Below, piece after piece: positions 1 to 26,300 of a DNA stretch of 64,000 nucleotides. Both the position numbers and the translations under genes were made by a program. The first letter of the stretch is position 1; each line of letters starts with the position of its first letter. The stretch is taken from positions 218,158 through 282,157 of the forward strand of contig JAQGDQ010000308.1 in NCBI GenBank assembly GCA_030141605.1, read 5' to 3'. The notes beneath the pieces were generated by a model. It had not been told where the DNA came from, did no database searches, and saw nothing but the letters and a program-made list of their open reading frames with translations. This DNA comes from Tubiluchus corallicola. Lineage: Eukaryota; Animalia; Priapulida.

Positions 1-1253
1 CCAGTTCTGTCATGATCAGCTACCCATTACTGACAGAGATACTATCATATCCCAACACATGCAGCGCCAGGCCAATCACTCACACAGCGAATCCTCTAAA
101 TGTCCCAGTAGACGAAATCCTAATCACCCTGTTGTCAATATAGGAGACTTGGTCTACCTTTACTCAGATCGCGATAAATCCCAGGCACGCAGCAGGTATC
201 TTGTCACTGGTATTGATGGGGAATGGCTCTTTATAAAAAAATTTACTGGTTTGCAATTGCGTGCCTCATCTTATAAAGTAAAGCACTCTGAATGTTATTT
301 AGTTCCGACCCACACAGACCATGACAAGTATCCTCTGCCTCTGTTAAAACATAGTTTCTGCGATGATGACGATGACTCCGAGGCCGTGTCTGCCTTTCCA
401 ATTCCCCATCAGCCATTGATACCCACCACTCTTTCTTCACCCTCATCTGACAGCTATACAGACAAGGCATCTGCTGTCCCTCAGCAGTTGTTCCCGACTT
501 GCGACACTTCAACCGAGCAATCTATCCCTCCAGCCACTGATTATTCTCATCCAAAACGCAGTCGTCGCCCCCCAAAATATGTTGCTGACTACGTTACCTG
601 AATTTTATCCTTTTTCTTCAGCATTTACATATCAAGTTGTAAGTGTGCCTTTTTGACTTTATAATGTAAGTTACACACAAATTTTGTATTGCATTTTTGA
701 GTAACATAATCTGATAATATTTCCCTAAATCATTGACTTCATGCTAAGTTCTATTATAGTCGTGCTGTATTTCTTTGGTCATCTGTGTATTACCTCTTTC
801 TATGTGTAATACTGTGACAGCTATCGTTAATGCACTTATATTCGCATTACTGTATAAGCACATACTGTTTTCATGATAAACAACGTATACTAATGTTGTG
901 CACCGCACATCGTAGATTGCGATAGTTCATAAATTACATCCTATATCGTTTGTATTGTAATTCTAGTTACAAGTTTCACCTTTTGTGTCATATTACATGT
1001 ATACTAAATGTTGTTTGATTTTGTTTCTAGCCATCGGTTAAGAAAAAGGAAAAGAGAAGCCGCGCCAGTATACATGCGTGTTGTTAGTTTGATCAACTTT
1101 ACTGCTTTTGCAAAGTTGCTCTTTTGTTTTCAACTTCTTTGTTTTTCCCGGGTTGCGCTCATCTTTCTAGTTACAACCTCGTTGCTTTGCGAGTTATAAT
1201 AAAGTTGTTAAATTTATTCTTGTCGTCTTGGTGTTTGAGACAAAGCTGGTACA
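1..1253 (+). mobile_element. 3' end of a Ty3/Gypsy-like LTR retrotransposon (integrase C-terminus, purine tract, probable partial 3' LTR)
   Basis: Open frame from the window edge to 601 with 'IGDLVYL...RYLV' and terminal 'KRSRRPPKYVADYV', typical of Gypsy pol C-termini. Polypurine tract at 1040-1059, AATAAA at 1198-1203, and an ...ACA end at 1253. No TG start is visible after the purine tract. Confidence 0.7.
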
Positions 1254-1944
1254 TTCTCTAATTAATGGCGGAGAACTAAAATTTGTTTATAGGAAATAGT
1301 TAATCGCTTACATGTATTTACAAAAGACTTATTGGTACACATTTAGCTGTGCATTTCATATCTTGTTTCAACCCCAGTACTTATCTATGTCCGGGATTCA
1401 CTTAATGTTACTGTAGTCTGTTGAAGATAATCTCAAATATACAAGATATGTATGTTCATAGTTTTAGTAAATGAGCTATTTAGTTATCATAATGGATGCT
1501 TTAAATTAATTCGCTGTTTTTCTTCCCTTGCCCGTGTACTTTGTTAGAATTTATTCTTTATTAGCAATAATAATCTTTAATAGGAAATCTCTTGTTTCAA
1601 TGAGACTTTTACAAATTTGTATCTTTTACTAATTTAAAAGAGTTAATAATGCCTTCTTTCACATAGTTATCCAACCACAGCAAATTCATTAATCTTTAAA
1701 ATAAGGGCAATGTGAAAAGTACCCCAAGGTAGTACGTTGCCCTAGCATTTGGCTTGTTTTCATTTCTTCTTGTATGTAATTACTGTATTCAACCATGTGT
1801 GTGAAATAAATGATTTATTTATCTATCTATTTGTAGAGTACTTACTTCTATTATTATTGTAGTCTAAACTTGTTTTTTCAGCACATTTTTCAGCACCGCC
1901 CGATAGTATAGGGTATCCCGTGCAGTCTGCACACCCCACCCCAC

Positions 1945-2560
1945 ATGGACACCTTTATAAGATGCAAAGTCTATTTTTCAGTAACGCTGATCTTTTGGTT
2001 GCCTTTTCCCACTTTAATGTCTTTATTTGTCTTTATCCTGTATTCCATGCATTCGTTCACTAGATTTCTGACTTCTAACAATCATTCTTCTTCACTGTTC
2101 ATTAATATATCCGAGTTCTTCATTTTTTTCCATTCTCCATATCTGCCACATCTAAGCAAATGTTCAGTAGTATCATCGTCTTCCCGACATACTGGACATA
2201 ATAACTGCTCCTCAAACTCATTCTTATAGTTTCCTTAACTTTTATCATATTCAGCCTTACTTTCAGTATATCTTTAACCTCTTCCGGTTTGCATGTGCAC
2301 TTGTGCACGTTTCCACTCAGTATGTTGTAAAATCTTAATTTAGTGCTGCTCCTGCATTTTTCTGCACATTCATTGTTTATAAAACATTTAATCTTACTCT
2401 TTATTTCATTTTTCCTTTCAGACCTTCACCATTTCCTTACCAGCATCTATGGTATATTTTTCTGCAGCCTCAACTACTTCACTATATCACCACCTATCAT
2501 GTGCATTGTTTATTTGCATTTCCAGCACCTCTGATGCTAATCTCTTTTGTTTACTAATCA
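1945..2560 (-). mobile_element. Decayed non-LTR retrotransposon 3' fragment with C-terminal CCHC zinc knuckle
   Basis: Minus strand around 2230-2147 translates to NYKNEFEEQLLCPVCREDDDTTEHLLRC (C-x2-C...H-x3-C), frameshifted against the adjacent ORF. Boundaries are approximate. Confidence 0.6.
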
Positions 2561-2619
2561 GTAAAATCCGATAGAACAGCAATCTCCTATAATTCACTTT
2601 ATGTTTTAGTGGCCATGTG

Positions 2620-2885
2620 CCTATTAATGAGATTGCCAGAAACAACACCAGTAAGATTAGCATTAAACAAGTCACTAAAGCTTACTAAACGACCTCAAGG
2701 CAAACCAAAATAGCTTGGATATCAAGAATTAATAAAGATTTATAACAGTTGAGCTTGAGACCAAACTTAATAATAGCATCCCGGGAGGTGAAAATTTAGC
2801 TACAGACAAGAAACAGTGGGACGCTCCAAATAGAGGCTCAAAGTTTACAACAGATGTTTAGAAGAACAGAAGAAGAAGAAGAAGA
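2620..2885 (+). mobile_element. RTE-like LINE 3' remnant ending in a (GAA)n tail
   Basis: Translates to 'RLPETTPVRLAL...KRPQGKPK/AWISRINKDL', resembling the RTE ORF C-terminus (KRPxGRPKxTW). GAA repeats follow at about 2861-2885. Confidence 0.6.
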
Positions 2886-2937
2886 CGACCGCTTCGTATT
2901 GATCTACAGAAAAGAACGTAGTCCGTCAGTACACAAC

Positions 2938-15263
<12,326 letters not shown>

Positions 15264-18200
15264 TTGCAATATTGAGATAAACTCTGATGGGCTTGGTTTT
15301 GGTTTTTAGAGCATGAATGTTATATGTCCTGTATAAATATTGCTGTCTAGTCAGATGGAAACTTCTCAAGTACTGTTGTGTTTGCAATTATGGTTTATTA
15401 TTTAAACATTCTTGAATACATTTTTGTGTGAAGAAGCTTTTTTTATTTTCAACTATGATTCCGTCCAAAATTTATTTTAAAGTGTAATTATTGTGGTCAA
15501 CAGATACAACGACTTTTATGTTTTTTGCTCAAGAAAAAGTATCATATTTTTGAAGAGCAGTGTGTTCGAGTGCGTGTATGTGCGAGTGTGTGCACCTATA
15601 ACGAGATAATGCTGTCACTCTAAACAATACGTGGCATTAGCAGATCATATGCAATTTTTTTCAACTAGTTCAGAAAAGTTTCGTGTGTTGTTGTAACCCA
15701 TAAAAAGTGAAAATGTGATATTAAAATCTGTGCTTTGAAGACTGACTATGAAAGGAGGTTCCTAGTTTTCGCTACCACAGCTATTATTAGAGCAGCACAT
15801 TTGCTTTTGGCCAATTGTTTCGTATATTCCAGTGAGACAGCTGCACTCAGTTCATCAACATGTTACTGCAAAATTCCGTATTATGAGTGTTGATAATTAA
15901 CTATGCATTTATGCAAGATACCAAGTATCTCAGGTTATTTGGTACTTTTCCAGTGAAGATTGGGTGAAGAATTCATTTATTTTGATGCAACGTAATTTTT
16001 TGCAATTTTCATTTCTTTTTTGCAAATTATTTTGTGAGCTGCAACTGTTTCATCTCTGATGATGAAAGCTTTGCAAACATTTCAGGTTAAAGAATTTCAC
16101 ACAGTATACTTTAAATCCACTTTTGGTGTCTGTTATCTTAATTGTGACGAGATAATGAGGTTGTCAAGTTATCGCAGAAATCGTGGTCGCAGTGAAATTT
16201 ATTGCATGGTGAAATATTAAAATTTTAATGTTCTTTACCATGGTTTAGTTTTGTGTAATGAATGGAAAAGGAGACGTGATTTGTTGAATGGTATTTTGTC
16301 AGTTGGTTAGATACACTTAAGTGTATGAAACATATTATGCTATGGTGTATGCTGTGTATAAATGATTATTACAGAAGAATACGGCAATTATTATTGTTTA
16401 CAAGACCATTAGCCTTCATATCATCCGTCCTATGATTTGTTGATATCGTTTAAATGACATTGTACTTCGTAGTGCATAAATAATGTTATATATAAGATTT
16501 TGTTTATATAGAAAATTATATCGTCTGTTAATTGTATACAAATATTTATTATTGTATAGTACACATTAGTTTATCTGTACAGCAAGACAGTGATGAGTGG
16601 AGATTATTTTTGCAGTGCAATAATACATACTTTCTGTTGCTTAGTCACATGTGATACAAGTGTTTAGAGTTCTTTATTAGAATATGAAGCATGTTCTTGA
16701 TAGTAACTTGTCTATATATTCAAACATGTTTAATATGTCTTGCAATGTTGAGGCTGTTTTTGTTAAGATAGTAAACTAATCCAGGCTGCTTCTCTTCCTA
16801 AGTTGTTTTGATTTTGCTATTCCTAGTTGTCATTTTGTTAAGCACATAAAATTATTTTTCTTAGTTGTTTCAATACGTAACTGGCTGTTTTTATACGCAA
16901 CACTTAACTAGTGTACCAGTTTCAGTGCTGTAATACCCTGAGGTTTCTAAAATTTATTTTCAAGTAATGAAACCTATTTATTTTGTTGGAAAAACATGTG
17001 TTGTATTTAATGGAGATGAATCAGTCAAGTAGAATTACTTGCATAGAATGCATGAATTACTTTGAATTAATTCTAAATTTAAATTTTTCAAAGTTGCAAT
17101 ATGAAATTATTGAGAATAAGGTAAGTGGTAAATGACAATACCAAATACATATTCAGTTGTTTTATTGTTGTATTTTGTCAGTCATACAAGGTTAAAACCG
17201 TCAAACTCAATAATGCTCAAAACAGTGTGTAATGGCCACCCATCACGAGCCAAAGTCCATTCACTGCAGGTCAGGCTTGTAAATTTGGCCAGGGGTCTAC
17301 CCTAAGTAATGGGACAAAACATAGTTACTATAGTCATATGTACTATCCACTCCAGCTTTTATGCATTTTTGTGCTATGTACCCCATACACTAAAGAATGC
17401 TATACACACTGTGACTAATGATCATCTATAACTGGATTATTGTAACAAATGGCAAGTTTTTATAAACAATTTTTGATTAAATAATCATAAAGTTCGAGAT
17501 TAATAATTAATGACGATATGAGACTCACAGTGGAAATCTGGATACAAGGTTTCTTCACGCTATTTTCTTGTAACAATTTACTTGAATATGGTTGCGAATT
17601 TACACACATTGTAATCTGGTTTGTAATTAATTTGAAATCTTTGCAAAAGTTATCGAGGATTTAAATTTGAAATTTCTTAGCATACTGTATATAAGGTACA
17701 AATCCTAAGACAGATTTTTTTTGGTTTTCCATTCTGTTTCACTAATGAATGATTGATGTACAGGAAGCTTGTGAACATCTATCACAAAGATTTCTCCCTG
17801 TACTATATTGTTTTTATGAAGTAACTGCATAATAATTTGTAGTGAGACCTCAAAAACATAATCTGATTTACTTTGAGGCTTATAATTTACTGTAATTATT
17901 GAATCCAAATCTAGTGTCAGTGTCTGAACCACATACAGTTAAAATGTAATAAAAAACTACCATGTACCAGTGTTATTTAATTGTTATCTGATTCTAGTTT
18001 TTTTTTATTTTAACACACTGTCATAATGATTAATAATTTATCTCATAATGTATATATTTATATAATTAATTATGGAAAAGTAATTACAAGTAGCAGATAA
18101 ACCACTTGCATTACTGTTGAAACTACTCATGAGTCTCGTAAGCAACCATATAGCAATAATACAACAATTAGAACAATATGCTACGTGTATTTAGTTACAA

Positions 18201-19035
18201 TTCATCTATAAATGTACGAGTAAATTCAAAAATTATTGCTCAATGACATTCTCATCCTGACAAAAACCCTCTTTCAATGAATGCCTGGGTATTTCGTAGG
18301 GCAGCTAAAGGACTCCATACAATTACATATCAATACCGCATATACTATAAACCTTTTTGGAGATACAATATAAGTTTACGAACATGACTAAAATGACTGA
18401 GAAGAGCAAAAAACATCACAACCTGTAAGAAGTCTTATTTTGGAGTTTTTATAAGTACCGTGTCTTTTAAAAACAAAATCCAATGATTTATTGTACAAAT
18501 ACTACCAAGACAAAATTGCACTGGTTCAAATTTTCATATTGTAAGATGTGTACACAATTTTTTTCAATGTTTAGAAAACATAATCTTTTATATTAGCATT
18601 GTAATTGAACTGCTGTATAAGTTCAACATCAAAGAAGCCTGCATAATAATAAACGCGGGTAAAAAATTAAACCTGCACTTGGGTAATGCCTAATAAAGAC
18701 ACACAGGCATAATTTTTAATAAAATGAAGAAACTTTCACAGAATTTTTTAAAATTTGACAAAATTCTTTAATTCACCTTTGCAGCTACCCCCATTATTAT
18801 GACTATTAATATGGCTTTAATTTTGGTAGCCATTGTGTAAGGAACCCAAAACCCCTTTTCGATGAAAAGTTAAGAGAGTGAGAGAAATCGCCAGTGCCCT
18901 ACTTGAGCTTGCCCAGGTACGACACTGGCAACTGGTTTTCCGCAAATTTAGTGCATGTTTTAGCACAAGTGTTCTACTTCGGCTAGTGGCGTACTCCGCA
19001 CCTACATGCCATTTTCTTTACCTATAATTGGGGTA

Positions 19036-19667
19036 CAGGGTCAGTCTTAAGCCAATTAGACAGATTTGTTGAAAATGGGCCCGCAGCAAGAAAGCGTACC
19101 AAACTGTGCATAGTTTGTTTCAGTACCATTAAACCTCAAGCTCTGCTTGAATACCTGGCAACAAACAACTGATTCATAGCATTTCCTAATGTTTTTATTG
19201 TTTGAGGATTTTCTAAAAAATGTCCATAATAGTCGTATCAGGTGAAAGAGGTTTTTCAAAACTAAAACTGATTGAAACATACCCACGGTCAACAATTTCA
19301 CAAGAGAGACTAAATAACTTGACAATGTTATCTGCAGAAAACGACATTAGAAAAACCATTGACTTTGAAATGATTTTGAAAGATTTTTTGGACAAAAAAG
19401 CCAGTAAAGACTGTTTTTAGAAAGCTATGCACAAACAGTAAATCAGTTTGTGTACAGGCTTGTAATAAAACATTAAAACTTCCATATGACCTTTCAATTT
19501 TTAGTCAATCATTGTAGCTAATAGTGAAGCCTCAAGTCCTCAATGCTTTTTTGATGAGATTGGCATACAACAAGAAGCATAAAACATTAATCTTCAGCTT
19601 TTGTAGGATAGAAAGCCCCACTTAATGATTTTCTAATTGGGACTGCATTTCCAAGTGACGGCCCCTC
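19036..19667 (+). mobile_element. Internally deleted hAT transposon retaining the C-terminal dimerization domain
   Basis: ORF 19220-19420 reads 'ERGFSKLKLIETYPRSTISQERLNNLTMLSAEND', the hAT C-terminal motif. Degenerate CAGGG.../...GGCCCCT ends and similar 8-bp flanks (ttggggta / tcggggtc). Confidence 0.8.
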
Positions 19668-20119
19668 TCGGGGTCATAAACACCCTGCTGCCCTTAAACC
19701 AGGCATTATTTCAATTTTATTAGATGTCTTTTAACATGATAGTGGGTAGAACATTATCATCGTTCTTTTTATTCATCATCAGATTCAAGTTTGTGTCTAA
19801 CGTGTGATTTACAATACACTTCATTAGAAATTTTGTATAGTCTCACTCTAGAATTTCATAAAAAGCAAAAATTTAATCACATTTTAAAGCGATGGTGTCA
19901 AGCTGTAGTCATCAGTAACAAAAACCTTAGCATCATTGTTTATATCAACACCTTTCACTGAGAGCATTTTATCCAACAAATCAAGCTCTTCATTCACAGC
20001 TACTACCTACTACACAAGACACATGATATCATGGACAAAATGATCAACGTTAACTCAACTACACACATACCTACAAAAAATATCACTCCTGCTAACAAGC
20101 TATAAGCACTGGCCATAAC

Positions 20120-20217
20120 AATAACAGCATTAATGCCATAATTTGTACATCAATAACAGCAGTAGTACCATAATTATGTACATCAGTAACAGCATTAGTA
20201 CCATAATTATGTACATC
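20120..20217. repeat. Short tandem repeat, about 33-bp unit x3, in the NECAP 3' UTR region
   Basis: Three copies of a(a/g)taacagca(t/g)ta(a/g)t(g/a)ccataatt(a)tgtacatc. Confidence 0.75.
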
Positions 20218-20358
20218 TTATATCTACAGTTTAGCATTTAACAACATCAAGAACTGTTTGAAATAACACTTTCATGTTCACAGATTCATATAATAACAAC
20301 ACATGATATATACATCTTCGCTATAGAATATTAGAAGTTAACTCACGCATCCATGTTT

Positions 20359-23300
20359 TTAAAATCCCATCCAGGTATGGTTGGTTGAAGCCTGAGCGTT
20401 TGCCGATGTTGGTTGAGAAGTGCTGCAAAAATTGAAAAAAAACACGTTAAATATGTGAAAACAATGGTTGCAGCACTTTTTTGGAAACCAAACTGAAATG
20501 TCTAAGACTATAATGCATTGAATTTCTGAGCAAAAATTTGTTTGCTAAAAAATAATATTGCTAGTGCAGTCGTTGAACATGCTTAGACCATGTTTAGCAA
20601 AGTAAATCAAAGCATGTTCAACTTAAAGCAAGCATTGTCACATAGCTTGAGAATTGCAGTTTTATTAAGCCAATACGTGATGGTTAAGGTCGTGATGACG
20701 AGAAACCCTAAGATCCTTTTTTAAGGTAATTTCTGCTAGTACGTTGTACAAAGGACCCCCAATATGCAGCCACCAAATGAGTTTTTTTGTAGAATTAGCA
20801 TCATGTGTCACTGTTACAATTACAATAAATTACAAGTACTGTAAATAGGACATTAATGACTCTTTGGTAGTGATACAATGTTGTTAGTGCAGCAATACCC
20901 ACAAGTCTTGTGCTTTGGCTATAAGAAACAAAATGCAAAGCTTCGGTGATTGTGATACATCGTAATTCTGAGGTAGACTGATTTCCCAGAAAAGTTTTTT
21001 GCCAGACAAAATTTTTCCCCCGACATAAAAACTTCACAGAAAAAAATTACCAGAAAATTTTTTCCCTAGAACACTTATTTCCCAAAAAATCTTTTTCCCA
21101 GAACTACCATTTCCCAGAAAATAAAATTCACAGAAAATGTAATAAATCCTTTTTAAAGAGCAGTTAGATGAAAAGTAGTTTATTTTAACTACATGTATTG
21201 GTTAATACCGACTGTATGATAAAAAAATTTTGCCAACTCGTTAAGGCAAAAAGTAGATTTGTAACGTCAGAACGATTATAGCGCATCACGTTGATCTTTG
21301 CATACACACAATAGTGAGTAATCACGGCATGCGATTGGCTACCGAAGTAAAGCAATGTTGAGCCTGGCAACTGATTAGTTGGGTGACTGCTTAGGAATCT
21401 CACTTTGGGAAGTTCATTTCACTGCTATGCCAAATTATTTCGCTGATTTAGGAAGGATGTACAAGCATCTGACTGTGACTGTGAAAATATTGAAAAGAAA
21501 GATTTGCAATATGCCGGAAAATAGGGAGGGATAGGGAGGAGAGAGGAAGAGAGGGAAAGGATGACAGAGGATGCAGAAGGAAGGAGGAAGAGGCAAACAG
21601 AAAAAGCAGAAGGCTTTATCATACTAAAATATAAGATCTTGCAACTAAAAATGCAACCATGATTTTTCTGTTAAAAAATATTTTTGGGAAATGTTTTTTC
21701 TGTAAGAGTTTTCTAGGAAAAATATTTTCTGGGAAAAAAATTTCTGGCAAACTTTTTTCTGGGAAGTTGTCTTTTGGGGGAAAAGTTTTTTCTCTGAAAA
21801 AAGTTTTCTGGGAAATGTACCCAAACCCATAATTTTATATGCGAGTCAAAGGCTACCGTTTTGTAATAAATATAAAGTTATTTTCAATGACTGAAAAGGA
21901 GTTAAACCATGTCTCATAATCACACTCAGTAAACAGGAGTAAAGAAACAGAAGCTTTCATGTGAAAAAATATAAAGCTTTTATGTTTTTGATGTGCACTT
22001 CATTACTTTCAAGCTTTCCAGGTTTGTGATTCTCTATCTAAATCGAAAAAAATATCCACATAATCTACAGGCCTGTAGCCTGTAAATAAAAATTATAATA
22101 AAGCCCTAAAGAACAGTAAAAGCCTCTTAAAATAAATAAAACATTCTGCCACCAAAGAAAACTGCAAAGATTGCAATTCCAAAAATACTAAAACAAAGGA
22201 AGACCAAATAAACCTGCAAAAACTGCAATTCCAAAAATGTGAAAACAAAGGCAGATGTCTAGTCATGGTTTACTGCGACAGTTGGATTTAAGTCAATCTG
22301 AGTGTCAGAGAAGCGAGGGCCAGAGCGTTGTAGAGCCTCTCCATGCATACCAGTGAATTGCATATTTTCAATGAAGATAAAGGTAAAATAAAGGAGCAAA
22401 CCTTGATAATCTAATTTTTTACATAGTTTTTGTGCAATTATAAATTTTTCTTCTGAAATTTTGTATTACTTAGCTGTTTTAAATCATCATTTCAGTAGGC
22501 CTACTAGCTTTTCGTATTTTTTCTGTATAGCGTTCACAGTTCAGTATATATATATATGGCTTTTATGCTATACTTAGTTTAAAATAAACAAACTTACACT
22601 AAAATTTATAGCAAAATAACATTTTTTGTGTGAAAATGTTGAATCACAAACATTTTTACTACAAAGATTAGAAAATATAAATACAAATAACTTATAATTA
22701 TCTTTGTTGAGGCACTTGAAGTTATAAATTTGTCATGCTTTTTTTGCAGTCCACCTCTCAAGGAAACAAAATATTCAGCACTAGATTACTAGGAGCATGT
22801 GTCACACGCACTAATAAAATATTGCTGTAGGTTAAAATATTCTCTATTTTAATGGAATGGAACAGCAAGTAATTACTGCCGCCGAGGATGTGCAAGAAGA
22901 ATTTAATGTTTTAAAAGATTTGTTGCAATGTGTACATTTGCCAAGTCACTTAAAGCTGAACGAGCCACGCTAGGGAATACAACGCACTGATCAGCCTATG
23001 TTAAACTGCTTAACTCATTCTGTCAGGTATGTAGAGACAGCTGTTGTTCATTTACAGTAGGCGCCGCTTAATAGACTCTCGGTTAATATACTCAGTCACT
23101 TAATTGACTCAGAAACCCCTGGTACAACGTAACATGAAGAAATTTTGGTCTAAGAACTTCAAACAAAATATGTAAATTGTTTAAACCCTACAGAGACGCT
23201 TTTAAGCAATTAAAATTGTTAAGAAGCAGCCAAGCGATTACTGGATATAACCTCACTGTTCAATCACCAAATATAAATTAATGCAAAAGAGTATTAGATT

Positions 23301-26300
23301 ATTATAAAGAAACCAACACTTTTGTAGGTTAATTGAAATTAAAGCTGCGTTCACATCATAAAATTTGAATGCTGTAAATGACAATGAAATTTGTTGTATG
23401 ATAGCAAAATAAAGCTTTAATACACTGACAAAATAGTTTTCAAATCAGTATTACAATTTATAAGCAATATATAGGGTGTGTACAAAGTAAAGCCCCACTC
23501 CCAAGGTATTGATGGGATAGTAAGAAGGCAAGTTAGTGGGAGGCGCTACTAGCAAGTTCCAAGCTTCACTTCAATCTAGTTAATGACCGGCGTGTGGCAA
23601 ACAGTTAATGTTCCTCCAGATATAAGAAAATGCAGTAATGATACGTCTTACTGGCAATTTCGGTTCTGCACAGAATAAATCTGGCTCTGCATACATCAAC
23701 ACTAGGGCAAATGACAGTCTGTTCCATACCAAAATACGGCTTTGCACCTCAGATTGACGTATATAGGATAGTTGACTTTGACAATGGGTCTAATCTACCA
23801 ACATCACCAGCTATAGCTACACCAAGCTAACCATTGTCGGTTCCAAAATTACTTTCATGTTGTTGCCTACACTGCTTTTTATCGACATGGCTGCTTTAAC
23901 ACCCCAAACGTAAGCAGCTCTCCACCCGAACTAACTTTTCTAGGTCACCTGTACTGGCTTCCACTCACTATACATGTACACTGTCAAGGCGTATCTGTAT
24001 GGCATATCTAAAATTACATCTCAATGCAGATGTGCGAAACAAGTGAAGTTTATCCGAGGATACACACATTTTGGTGTCATCATATTGAAAACAACTAACC
24101 TGAGAAAAACTTTAAAATTCCCAATCATTGAAGCACACAAAGAATATTTTACTCTGCTTTTTATATTTAAATACATTAACAACATCAGCAAACCATTCCA
24201 GAATAACAGATTTACCTTTTTTCAAAATCCTATCGTTAATTCCAGAACAAGCAATCTAAAACAAATTAGGACAAATACCCACTATGGAACGAACTCTGTA
24301 ATCAAACAAGCAATTTTACTTTGGAATTCTCTACCATTACAGGTTAAACAAATCAAGTCCCTATCAGCATTTAAAACAAAATTAAAATCACTAATATTAA
24401 CCAGATATGAAATACCATCACACCAGTACGACAACATACACACTAATTCAGAATTCATATACCCACGGCCATATTAATTAAATCATAGTTTTTTTGTTTT
24501 TTTTGTGTATGGTTGTAAATATGTTTGATTTTATTCGTCATTACTGCACAGTAGTTTAGATTGCACTGACGCATTTCCCTTCAGCAGTGTAAGTTTTTAT
24601 TAACTAACACTGATTGATTATCTCTGTAAAGTTTTTATCAGTGATTATCAATGTTTTAATGGCAAATAAAGATTATTATATATATATATATATATATATG
24701 GAGAAACAATCATGTTAAGTACGTTTTGTTTGTAAACAGGTACGTTTATCATACCCTAATACACTAGTGCAGCGGTTTTGCTTTAAATATGTTACCCGCT
24801 GGTCCACTGCAATTAACCTCATTACCCAAGAATTTCTGGAACTAAACATTTAATCACTTGTCTAGCCGTTTCCCTTTGAAGCTTTCGTTGCAAATCATGC
24901 TTTCACGCTTAATCAGTTAACAGCCAAAGATGCAGATATAGTAATCAGCCAGTATTCCTTGTGACTTACAAGAGCAATTGTGACATACAGGAAATAACAG
25001 AGAAGTTTGAAAAATAAGGCATAAGTGTAAAGATCTAAAAGTTAAGGAGATACTGAAAATTTTAAAGCAGTACGATAAACTTCCAAAGATGGGACGCAGA
25101 TGCGCAGCAGCGCAGTTGAAAATTCCCCAAAGTACTCTTGCCAGGATTTTGAAAAGCGATCTGAAATTGAGCAGTCAGCAAGCCAAAATGAGAATCACTT
25201 ATATAAATTAACATTTTAAAATCTTTTTTAAAAGGTTTTAACTGCACAAAAGTATTTAGGCATTACTTCGTTTCTAAAATTCATTAAAAACTTTTGCAGC
25301 TCATATTTCTATACCCGTAATACAACACCCATCGGTTACTAGGTTCAGTCGGTTAATTGGGTCAAAACACTTCGGTCCCAAAGTGAGTCTATTAAGCAGC
25401 GACTACTATATTACGAACGTTAAATCTCAGCAAAAACTCAATAATAGGAAAAGAATTAGAACAATTACTAGAACTAGAACAGTTGCTAATAGAGGTTGCA
25501 CATCTGAGATATTTACAGAACAATTATGCTTCCTTAGTTGTGCAATGTCAGTTTGCTAAATCTACAACACACTTGCATTCTCTTCAGCGAAATACATCAG
25601 GCTTAAATCCAGAAGCTCTAGAAAATTTAAGGGCTGCTACCCAAATTACAAGTGCAACGAAGTATTTAACAGACAGTGAGAGGATATCCCAGGTTTAACT
25701 TTCCATGAGGCAGATTTAATTCAGGTTACAGGGACGTTTTTCTTAAGATCGCTGTCGTGGCTTTTTTAGCAGACTAATCCCATTTAATAGGCTGCCAGGT
25801 CAAGGTGAACAAACCAGCCAGGCTCATGTGTATGTGTACATCTGCTATATGACAAAAACTCTGGACATTCACTTATAAGCGTATCGTAGTTGCATGCTGT
25901 ATAATGTGCATAAAAAATTACCTACTTGGCCCAGCTGCTCTAAATATTGAGACTGATTAATGTTTATATGTTATTTTGAAATTGTTGTGGTGATTGTGCA
26001 ACTAGACACTATTGTACTTGTTAAAATTTTCTCAAGATTGCTGATGCAGTGTTTATTTACTTGTTTGTAAACTGCAATGTTAACTGCTATTTGTTGCGTT
26101 TATTTGCTGTTTTGTTTACACTTAATCCTGCAGGCCCAATTTTTTTACCTATGTTTTCAGCTGATTCGCTCTCTCAAAATGGAAAGCAGGAGAATAACAT
26201 AGCAAATTTGCTTATTTTAAATTGGATCAACCCATTGAAGTATTACCCAATAATTTTTGTTTTAAAAAATGTCGAACTTTCTGAAAATAACAAGATGTTT

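Noticed and set aside
2854-2937. N-terminal extension [12 protein letters not shown] of FoxJ in the ORF track
   Set aside because: It derives from the LINE (GAA)n tail. The conserved family start is MASELDSSL at 2938.
16045-16075. CTGATGA...GAAA hammerhead ribozyme core
   Set aside because: No stem II between the motifs and no supporting stems I and III.
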